DNA from: Camelus ferus
Lineage: Eukaryota
Length of the DNA stretch: 64,000 bases
NCBI RefSeq assembly: GCF_009834535.1
Contig: NC_045732.1
Coordinates: 93,124,001 to 93,188,000 of the forward strand
Reading direction: 5' to 3'
The position numbers and the translations under genes were made by a program. The notes under the pieces were generated by a model that saw nothing but the letters and a program-made list of their open reading frames with translations, searched no databases and had not been told where the DNA came from. How positions within the stretch are numbered: position 1 is the stretch's first letter; each line of letters starts with the position of its first letter. Positions 1 to 10,402 of the stretch are shown piece by piece.

Positions 1-1843
1 CTGGGCCTGGCACCCAGTCTGGGACATTGGCGCCGAGGCAGGTGTAAATTAGAACTTATGGGGTTAGTAAATCCCCGTCCGTGACAACGTGCACACTGAG
101 GTCTCAGTTCTTTTGGAGGTCAGACCAGGTACAGAGGGACACAGTCTATATCTGGCTCACTTAAATGTCTCTGACCGTATTCTCTGAGGTGCTTCATTAC
201 AGCAGGTGGAGGCAGGAGGATGAGCTAGAGGGGCCCAGTACTGGAAATGCTTACATAGCCAAGTCTCCCCTCATCCCATCGTGTCAGGGAGCAGACTGCA
301 CGTTCCGCTTCTGCAGTCGGCTTGCCCTAAAAAGCAGAGGTCTGGGGGCTAGTAAGGGACAAACAGTGCGCTGCTAGCACATCACTCGCTAGGGTCATGC
401 GATTCCTTCTGTCAACATAGTGTAATTGCTCTTAGTATAAACTGAGCTCTCCTTAATTTAGTCTAATAATTACCTTATCCTACTTGATTTCCACTAGTGG
501 GTGTGGATTTGACCAGTATTGATTTGTGTAGGACGTATGATGACTCTTAATATTTCTTTTTTCTTTTTAAAAAAGGACGGTTCTCAGCAAGGTTCAATAT
601 AAGCTGAAAAATGAATGGCTTTCACTAGGAAACTATAAGCAGGACTCTATGCAATTAATATGCTAGTTTGAGACTGAGTTCGTCTTTAGGGTTTATTTAT
701 ATATTCTTCTAAAAAGCATTGAAATTCATTTTTTTGTGAATGATCTGTGGAGTCAGTTCCACTAGTTTGTAGTCACACATCACATGTGTGTGTATTTATA
801 TACACGCTCATGTACATGTGAACAGAATGAATGTCCTTCCTACCTTGTGCACTTGGCAGGCACTGGCTGACCTTTCAGAGCTCATGTTCAGTGTCACCAC
901 CTCCCATGTGGAACTAACCTTTCCATCTTTAATGTCCTCACTGCACCTTTCATAGTGCCTGTATCACTTGACTGCCCTGATTTCAGAGACAGATTCATAG
1001 TTCTCTTGGCAGCCCCAACACCTAGCAAAGCACCTGGTACATAATAAGTGATCAATACATGCTTGCTGAATGTGAACTCTTGGCTGAATAAATGCTGCCT
1101 TCTGCTGCTTTCTGATCTGCCACCATCAAGACTGGAGTTTTGAGCTTTATTTCTAGTACTGAGAATGGAATTACCTGGCTTCACACATTCGCAAGACAAC
1201 TGTCCAGGGCTCAGGTTGTAGTTGATGTTATCAAACAGGAGGGAGCTACTGCCGGTTTAAGAAGCAAACCTAAGATCTAGGGCTTTTTCCTACAAAGGAG
1301 CTAATTGGCACAGATGAGATAGGAGTTAATGGTCCCTTGAAGGACAGTTAATTAGCATATTAATGGGGTTCTGTTTATACTTCCCTTGTAGTCATTTGTT
1401 ATTGCAACACCCAGTGCCACTGGTCATTGCTGCAAAAAGTGAAATTCAGTTTTAAAAGCAGGGACTAATGATTCTAATGAAAGCTGCTTGTTTAGTTTAA
1501 AGAAACAAGTAATTAGAGCTAAAAGCAAAAGTGTAAACAGAATCCCAGTTAATGACTTGGCACGTAGTTGTTCCCTGCTGTGGCCCTCAGCTGAGGTTGG
1601 GTCTTTGGGTTTCACAGGTATAAATCAGCACACACACACACACCCCCTACACAAATACACATGAATTCAATGCTTTCTGGAAATAGGGAGGCCTGAAAGT
1701 GTAAAGGGAGGTGTAGTTATGAAAAGAATAACTCTTTCCCTAACCCTTATTCAGGCGTCCATGGTAAAGCCCTTGGAAGGGATGACTCACCTTTTTGCAT
1801 GAAACAGATGTGCTGAAAGTGCTTACTCAGAAAGGCACCTTAC

Positions 1844-1900
1844 CTGAACTTTGCAAGAAACCTTCACAGGGTCTCCAAGCTCAGGACGAAAGCCAACAAT
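1844..1900 (-). CDS. ATP1B4: ATP1B4 coding exon 6 (IVGFRPELGDPVKVSCKVQ)
   Basis: Acceptor ctag|ATT at 1900 and donor CAG|gtaagg at 1844. It is 57 nt, phase 0 to 0. Exons 7-8 are not found, so they lie left of the window. Confidence 0.95.
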
Positions 1901-2514
1901 CTAGCAAAAGAAAATCAGTGTGTTTTTTAAAATAAAAAACCAGATTTGACAGTAAAAATGGGGCTTTTCTAAACCCCCCTTGAGTCATCCCTTAGGCATA
2001 GGCTTGATCTATTTTGCCTTCTCAGAAATGTTACAAAAAGCAGAAAACGCAAAATATCTTCAGAGCTGCGCAGCTCAGCTTACTCCTTGTTGTATTTGTG
2101 CCTGATATTCATACAATGGCAACTTCAGCAAGATCACCCTGAAGAACTTACTGGTTTCAAGAGGAGTGTGCCTGGTAAGGCTCTGCCCCACCTAAGGCAT
2201 GGCAGGAGAGAAGGAAAATGCATCTGTGATATAAGAATTGTCTCCCACCCCACCCTCATGTCAGTTCAGGATCTCATTCCCGACAGAAGCATCAAAGGGC
2301 AGGTTTAGGGATGTGGGAGAAGAATCAAATAGGAAGTGTTCAGGGAGAATTATTGCTTGGTAGGTTTGTCCAGTTGTTTGTGTTACTGACGCTGTTGGTA
2401 AAAATGGCCAAACTTACAGTGTCTGAAGACAGAGCCCAAGAGAAATGGAGTGGCCAGAGCCCTCCTACCCAGCTCATCCACTTATCATCGCCAGAGCATC
2501 AAGGGCCAATATAC

Positions 2515-2711
2515 CCGGTTCATCTTTAGAAGGATGCAGGGCTGTCCAGTAGAGTAGCCAAAAGTAGGGTCCTCCAGGCCAGAGCAGTTCTTCAGGAAGG
2601 AGCGCTTAAATTGGCAGGCTTTCTTGTCCTCATCCTCATCACCATCTTGGATGAAGTACTGGCCCGGAGGACAATCTACATTCATTTCCTCTTGAAGACT
2701 GTCATTATAAC
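2515..2711 (-). CDS. ATP1B4: ATP1B4 coding exon 5 (GYNDSLQEEMNVDCPPGQYF...QPCILLKMNR)
   Basis: Acceptor ttag|GT at 2711 and donor CGG|gtatat at 2515. It is 197 nt, phase 1 to 0. It carries four conserved ectodomain cysteines and NDS/NCS sequons, and lies within ORF 2485..2733. Confidence 0.97.
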
Positions 2712-4440
2712 CTAAAGCATGTGTGAGTGGCAAAGGGTCATGTTAGACAGGTGCTACAGGGGAAGGCCATGTTTTCCATCACTCTCCTTCTAGTTTCCTT
2801 TGTCCAGCATGCTTGTGCTCCTCTGAAAGCCCACTCACTTTGTCCTAGGCCCTGTGATGCCCAAGGCCCTTCACCAGCAACATCCCTCCAAGAAGCCTTC
2901 TGGGCTGGTCCCCTCAGCCTACTTGGATCAGCTGTCCCCTTGCTTCTCATTCCCTTGGAAGTTGTTTGATATCCATCTCTGGATTGTATGTTGGTCGCTT
3001 TATAACTTTTTTCTATTTTTCCATCATTTCTTTTCTGATATGGTTAATTGTAAACTTGGGGAACTGCCTCTTCTACTTCTGGGAGAGGAATAGGCACATA
3101 GTAGACAGATTTTGGAAAAGGGACTGAATCATATCAAGGTGTGGCACATATAATAAGGAGGCAAAGCTCCTGGGTTAGATCTCTTTAAGTTCAGCCTAGG
3201 AGACATCTCCCTTTCAGGTCATGAAAGGCCCCCAGAGCAAGAGAGTGAGAATTGTGTGTTGTGGGACAGGAGGAAGGGAGAAGAAGAAGAGGAGATAAAC
3301 CAGCTCCTCGTTCTTTACAGAGGGAAGCTAGCATTGCAAAATAGAAGCTTAGGTTGAAAGCCAGAAAATGACAACCACAGGGTCTCCACTGAGAGGGCAA
3401 AGGGGTGAGATCTTGTCTCCTGAGACCTGAGGCACTCAGAGTTAATGTCCCTTTACATTGAGGGGAATGTAACATATGTCCAAGGTAACATATCAGGGAG
3501 AGAGCTGAAAAGGGCTACCTGTGACCTGACTCCTTGGGCTAATAGATGCCCTAGAACTGGGCTTTAGAAATTACTGTCTTATTTCCAATTTGGTTCTAAA
3601 TGATAGAATCCAGTTAGTACTGTTAGATCTAGCCCCCATACATTCATGTTCCAAGAAGCCCAGTTTTTCAGAGGAGATTGTACACCTATGATCCACCAGA
3701 GGTAGAACTCCAAATGTGCTGCTGGATCCTCATCTAGATAGATTGTGACTTGGATTTGATATTAGAAGCAACTGGGAATTTTAAATCTATTACAATTATG
3801 GCTAAGCTTTTATTTTTCCTTTGATAAAGCTACATTCAATTCAAGGTTTTGTTTTCATCTGTTTCTTTTTTAAGAACAAGAGCTATGCTCAAATAATAAC
3901 TTCCTAAATACAAACTCTAATCATGTGCTCATTGTTTCTCTTCAGGTAGTTCCGTTAAAAATAATGTGACATGGGCATGACCCTTATTGCAAAATCCCTG
4001 TCCTCATGGGAATGAAATTGATACTCCGGGATGTCTATTTCAGAGACGTGTTCTTTTTAAACAGGGCATATTATCTACACTTAGGAACTAAAAAACTCAA
4101 TGCTTTTCCTAATGTTCCCCATCTCTGTCATCAGGTCAGAATTGATATTTCTGCATCTGCTACCTTCTTGGAGGGATTTTCTCAGCAAAGATTCTGGCAA
4201 TATATTTGCGATAGCTCACAAGCATTTGAAAGAAAAAAAGATACTGTGCTGGCTATGATGCCCAAAACATTTTTGGGAGTCCAAACTGGAACTACATGGA
4301 CTCAGAAAGAACCCAGCCCCCCTCATTTTACAGGTAAGGAGTGTGACACTCAGACTTACCCAAGATAACACTGAACATTACTGATACAAAGCTGATTTTC
4401 TAACTCCTGGTCATTTGGAAGTGACAAAGAATTATGAAAA

Positions 4441-4606
4441 GCAGCACTTCTCAAGCTTTAAAGGTCATACAAATCACCTGTGGATCTTACTAAAATGCAG
4501 ATCCTGATTCAGCAAGTCTTGGTGAGGCCTGAGATTCTGCCTTTCTAACAAACTCCCAAGTAATGCTGATGCTTCTGGTCCCTGGATCACACTTTGAGTA
4601 GCAAGG
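4441..4606. mobile_element. MER5A-like hAT-Charlie element
   Basis: gcacttctcaagcttt...aatcacctgtggatcttactaaaatgcagatcctgattcag...cacactttgagtagca. Confidence 0.8.
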
Positions 4607-5618
4607 GTGTTAAGAGCAGGGACGTGGGTTTAACCACTGGTTCTGCTGCTGGGAGACTTTGATCAGGCTTCTTCCCAGTTCTGAGCCTCAGTTCTCCCAT
4701 TTGCAAATGTATAGACTCTGCTATGCAGGGTTAAAGTTCTTTGACAACATTTATGCACTTAAATAACACCTCCCATCACATAAGCGAATCATCTTAATTC
4801 AGTGCATGTTCTATTGGCCATCCCTGTCACCCCACTTCAGCCAGGCCAGGAAATCCAAACCAGTCTAACTGCCCCCCCCCCCACCTAACAAATAATAGGT
4901 GCAGCAGTGTAAACCCACTGGAGCTCCTCTTTGATAGCCAGATAAATCCAGAGCCCATGTGCTCGGTGTTTAACCTTAACCAAGCTGCTACCTCAGTTTT
5001 CACCCTGTGTAAGGCTTCTCAAAAAGCCATTCATTTGTCCTTAAAAATGTATCTGATGATGCTATAGAGATAGACATCTTGAAAACACTTGCCATCAAAA
5101 TGTTGGAGTCACTGCCATCCAGAGATTATCCTTCTAACTCCCTTATGGACTGCTATTTAGATAGAGACCCTTGCTCTCTTCCTGAGATGGATCACCTCCA
5201 GGAAATGAATTCTCTTACCCTGAAAGAGGACGGGAGGCAGGGGTCTTCCAGTTCTGGAGAACACTCTTTTTTTCTGACCACTACCTCCCTCTCCAGAATT
5301 ATCTTTTGTAATTGATCATTATTGAGCCACTGGGATGTGCCCAGGACATAACTAGGTGCTGTAGGGTGTTTAGGGGGAGAAAACAAGTTCTCTGCCCCAT
5401 TGAACATGTTTTGCTGGAGAGTTGGCTTATATGCTTTTCAAGGCAACATACAAATCACAATGCAGAGCCGTTTTTGATTGTATCTGCATGCATTGAGGGG
5501 GATGTAAGATAAGGAAAAACTAAGATGGGCTGTGTTAGTAAGTCTGGGATTTCTGGACCAAGTGAATTTTGAACTTTGAATTCCCACCCATCACCTCTCC
5601 AAACGTATTCCCACTGTT

Positions 5619-5782
5619 NNNNNNNNNNNNNNNNNNNNNNNNNNNNNNNNNNNNNNNNNNNNNNNNNNNNNNNNNNNNNNNNNNNNNNNNNNNNNNNNNN
5701 NNNNNNNNNNNNNNNNNNNNNNNNNNNNNNNNNNNNNNNNNNNNNNNNNNNNNNNNNNNNNNNNNNNNNNNNNNNNNNNNNN
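5619..5782 (-). other. ATP1B4: N-run that probably hides ATP1B4 exon 4 (about 105 nt, VMIRPFAHSLNF...NGFLQ in human)
   Basis: Inference only. No exon-4-like sequence was found between exons 3 and 5. This 164-nt gap begins about 215 nt after the exon 3 donor and is large enough for the exon plus its splice sites. Confidence 0.6.
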
Positions 5783-5996
5783 AATTTTTTTGTATCGATT
5801 CCCATGAAACCATTTCCCCCCAGGCAATCAAAATGAAAAGGACCATAATTTGCCAAGTACCATTTTACTTTTACTCTTAATAATTGAATCCTGAAGTCAT
5901 TACCGGGAAGAGCCAAAGTTAATTGAGGCTGAACATGCTGTGCAAGCAGGTTTCTGTCCAGCAAGTTCTGACAGCACAGGGTATTTGGGCACTCAC

Positions 5997-6125
5997 CAGG
6001 AGGCTTCACCCTCTCAGTGAAGGTTGGCATGTAAGGAGTGATGGTCAGAAACAGTGTGTACATGCAGAGGGTGATCACAGCAGCCAGGGAGGCATAGAAG
6101 AAGAAGTAAATGACTAAGATCAGGC
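5997..6125 (-). CDS. ATP1B4: ATP1B4 coding exon 3 (transmembrane helix, SLILVIYFFFYASLAAVITLCMYTLFLTITPYMPTFTERVKPP)
   Basis: Acceptor tgcag|GC at 6125 and donor CCTG|gtgagt at 5997. It is 129 nt, phase 1 to 1, and encodes the beta-subunit TM segment seen within ORF 5455..6213. Confidence 0.97.
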
Positions 6126-8177
6126 CTGCAGAACAATCAGAAATGAGAGTGGTCAGTGCTGGCCAACAAGCCCTGTCTCCACATTTGAACTCATCGAAGC
6201 ACAACCAACCCATACATGTGACATGGCTTTTTATAAATCCCTCAGATTCAGTATGTCCTTGCTTATTCAGATTTCACCAATTTGGAATTGGTGAGAATTG
6301 TGTCAGGGGTCTGATTGCAGTTTACCTTTACAGCATCTCCAATGGAAGGGCTTGCTGAGCAAATGATGACCATGAACAAGATTACAGGGGAGTGGAGTTC
6401 AAAGTACTGCAGAGGACAAATTGCTTGGGAGTCCTCTGGGCTACCGTTGATGTCCTAAGTACAAATCATTCTTCGCTATTCATTAAAGCATGTGCCCTAA
6501 AGAGTCCTAGCAGCTTGGTTCCAGTGATTATATATATTTGCAAGTAATGAAAACAGCATTTCTTTTCACATAGCCTATAATTCAAACTTTTGATTCCTTT
6601 CCACTGGACTTGCCTCTAATGAAGGCAAAGTGAGGCTTCACTCTATGTATTTCAAATCTTATTCATCTTTGGCAAAAGTTTAAGTGGCTCTGCTTTTCAA
6701 AAAGAACACTAACACAGGATGGGGAAGGGAGAAAGGGGAAACTGTACTTAATTACTGACACTTGCTGCCCGTGAGCCCCACCTGTGAGCTTGGGCAAGTT
6801 ATAAAACTTCTCGGCACCCCCGATTCCCCGCCGTTAAAATGGGATAAATTTAGTACTTACTTCATATTCTGATCTATATCCCTAGCAATATTTGAAATTC
6901 AGCCTTTTCTTACATCCTGTCCTGTTTAATCTTAGACCTGCTATTTATCTCTCTGGGCCTCAATTTCCTCATCTGTAAAATGAGGATAATAACAGTCTTT
7001 ACTTCTTAACATTGAATAATGCATATAAATATCACAGCACAGAGCCTGGCAGATACTAAGTGCTCTATAAATGGTAGTCTTCACCATTGTTATTATGAAT
7101 ACTATTATTGCTATAGGACCAGAAGCAAAGTTGTGTGAATTCCTCCTCTGTGGGCTGGATTAGGACTAGGTTTGCCCCAGGATTAGACAGCGGAGAGTGA
7201 GTGAATGAGTGAGAGATTGCTGCTGAGAAGCTCTTTTTAAGTCCTCCTTGGAGCTCTCGCAGGAAATAATATCTAGCTCTGCTCACAGCAGTGACATGAT
7301 GTCAGAACTACAGATTTGAACTGCATCATGAACCAGAAACTGGAACAAATGACATAACTTTGCTGTACTCCAAACCAAATCCAAATATTAATTTTTAAAT
7401 TGAACTGTGAACCAAATAAAATGAACAACAACAACAACAAAAAGGAGTGGAGAAAGGAGAAAAAGAATTCTTAATAATCTCACTGGAAGTGAACCTTTAG
7501 GCTTTATAAGATGAACTGAGGCAGAACTGAAACATGAACACATTGATTCGGTTGGAATCCCTGGAGAAGCAGCAGCAGCACTTTGTGTGCCTGTGGTACT
7601 TGGCTGCTGCCCACCAGCTGTCCTAATGGGCTATGCCCTGTGCCCCCTCCATTCCTCTACCCGCGTCCCCATCGTGGGAACAGATCAACAGCTGGAGCCA
7701 TCGTGGGGGACCAGAAGGCTCAGTTTCAGGGATGAAAGGAAAGCAGTAGAATACACGTATGTGCCTTGGAGATACCTTCCTTCTTGCCCAGGCTGTGTGG
7801 CAGGAAGCTGTAGATGGGAGAGTGGCACTAGCAGTGAGTCCCCTCAGCTTTACCCAGGAGTCTGTGCCCTGCAGCCTGTGATGGGCTGTCTCAGCTACAC
7901 CGCACCCCCCAGCAAAACCAAGCACTGTGACCACCTGAACCCATTGACCCTCCAACCCTTCCTGCTCCGAATGATCAATTTCTACTTGAGCTGCTCCTCT
8001 GGGTAATCCAGGGTTTTCTCCTGAATGCCCCACCCAAGCTTGGATAGACCAGTGTATCTTGAATAGACTAGGTACCCACGATCCCAACTCTTCACTCCTT
8101 CCACTAAAACACGCCATCAGGCCCTGAGGCCCTGTCCATTAGGGCCTTGCTCATTGCTGGAGTTCATGAAGACAGTG

Positions 8178-8345
8178 TGGTGTTCTGGCCAGACAGTGAA
8201 CTCCAGTGTTCGTCCAACCTGGGTTTCAATCCCAGTACTGCCACTTATTAACTGTGTGACTTTAGATAAGTTACTTACCCTCTCTAAGCCTCAGTTTCTG
8301 CATCTGTAAAATGGGATAATAATATTACTACCTCATACAGTTCTT
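8178..8345 (+). mobile_element. MIR
   Basis: Core tgtgtgactttagataagttacttaccctctctaagcctcagtttctgcatctgtaaaatgggataataa. Further MIRs lie at about 6750-6870, 6945-7095, 9750-9880(-), 19920-20100, 52650-52850(-) and 60590-60790. Confidence 0.85.
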
Positions 8346-10146
8346 GTCAGTACCCAATAAAATAACATATAGCTCCTAAGAATAGAGGTGGCCCTGCTAT
8401 CAAAGGGAAAGCCCAGAATATAATAATAGGCTGGGTGAATATATTGGTCATGGTGATGTCCAGGCTGGGACAGGGTTAGTAAGTGCTTAAGTGGCACCCA
8501 GTTCTCAAACAGGAGGGCAGCGAGCCATGTGGTGGCTTAGGTGTTAACATCACTATTTGCTCTTTGCCCAGGGTAGCCCCACAGAAGCAGCCTGAGTTCC
8601 TGGACTCTCCTTAGACCCACTACCCAGAGGCCTGGATGTGGCCTACAGTCTCCCCACTGCTGTATCTTCCCTGGGCACTTGAACCTTCCTCCCTCATGCC
8701 CACTTATTGGCCTATGGACTGTTCTCCACAGGCACAGTTTGGATCAGCTCATCTGATGATGTTCCACTGGCTGGCTGTTTACGGGTTAACATAGGGCTCC
8801 CTCTTCCAGAATCAGACTTGCATTTCACAAGGCCTGTTTTTCCAGTCCTCTTTAGGCAAGGGAGAAACAGCTGTGCCCCCTTTGGAACCCCAATGAGTGT
8901 CCAGCGTTTGTCTGCAGCTTTCCAGAATGTCAGAATGTTCCTTGAATGGTACATTTGTTCCAGTTGAGAGTTCGAGGGATGGGCAGGGGTGGGGCTGGGA
9001 ACTGAAGTGGGGTGAAGGGAAGTGGGTGTTGTTCAGAGCCCCACACCTGCTATTCCTAATACCAGGAAGCAGGGTGGGCTGTTTCACCCAGACTGAGCTG
9101 AATTAGAAACACAAACTACAAAGGGAAGAATTCTCAGCCACGGGGCCTTTAGAAGGCATGACCATCAACTTTAGCACCCAAGACCCTTGGCACTGGAGGA
9201 CTCTTATTCCATCCATAGAGTTATCTGTTTTTTGCTTCTCCTCTGGGTTCACTGAGTTCCAAACCGGCAGCTGCTCTTTTTCTAAGAAGTGTGGCGAGTG
9301 TGGCGAGTATGAATTTTACCACAAGCTAAATCTCCTGAGAAGGATCAGCATTAACAGTTCAAGAGGTGAGTAGGACCCTGGGCGAGGAGTGCTGGGGAAG
9401 CTGTGAAGTAGAAAGGGTGGCAGCGTGTGGTACAAAGGGGAGATGCTAAGGGTTGCAGTTCTGCTATTGATCAAGCAATATAGGTGAGGAGGTTCAGACT
9501 TAAATCACTAGAAATGTTCCCTTTGACCCATTTCTCTGTAGACACCATGGGAGCATAAAGCACCCACAAGCTGGGCCCAGGGGCAGACCTGGCTCTCCTT
9601 CTCTGACATTACTAGGTGAAATGATGAGGCTTTATTAAACCCTTGGTCACTTTAGTAGGGACTTGAGTCTCATGTCCTAGAAATAGTCTTCTCCATAGTA
9701 CTTTTGACTTTACAATTTTAACAGCTTTTTGGACCCTCAGGCTGATCTTGTGAGAGAGGAAAGGCAGATACTGTTTCCCTCATCTCGCAGGTGAGGAAAC
9801 TGAGGCTCAGAGAGGATTCATGATGAGCCCAGACTTATACAGGTAGAAAGTGACAGGGCTGGGGCTTAAAACACAATCTGCACCTTCCCATCTCATTCTC
9901 ACTGTCTCTCTGCCCTGCAAGTGCTATTGAGCCCAGAGGGTTTCAGCTCTACAGTCAAGTTTGTTCATCCACTTGGAGTGTGTTCTGATGGTATCTGCTC
10001 CTTACTTCCCCAGGCATTGATCCCGGTACAGGAAATGCTAAGAGATGTTTGCAGACAAGCCCATCCAATGTATAGTAAAGGAATTCCGGACACCAAGCCA
10101 AAAGCAAAGGACATCTGACTAGGGCATTGGGACAACTGGGACTTAC

Positions 10147-10402
10147 TCCAACTCTGACCTGTTCGGGCCAGAGACATCCTTTTCTCCGGATCCCACAGGT
10201 ATTCGTTCACAATGTGCAATTTTTGCCACCAGGCATTGCTTGTTTCCTGACCCTGACTCTCTTCCTCCTTTTCCTCCTTTTCTTTCTCCTCCTCTTCTTC
10301 CTCCTCCTCCTTCAAATTGGGTACCACCATCACCCGAGCCTCTTCTTCTGCTTCTTCCTCTTCATCTGCTAAGTAGTTCTGGTTCACTTCATCCTGATCG
10401 TC
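10147..10402 (-). CDS. ATP1B4: ATP1B4 coding exon 2 (Glu-rich clusters, DDQDEVNQNY...LARTGQSW)
   Basis: Acceptor tgtttcag|GAC at 10402 and donor TGGA|gtaagt at 10147. It is 256 nt, phase 0 to 1, and lies inside ORF 9965..10636. It encodes two acidic clusters and the WWQKL..YLWDPE.RM.LART motif typical of X,K-ATPase beta subunits. Confidence 0.97.

Noticed and set aside
5455-6213. 252-aa ORF as a standalone gene
   Set aside because: It is ATP1B4 exon 3 plus intron read through an N-run. All X-containing ORFs in the track are similarly inflated.
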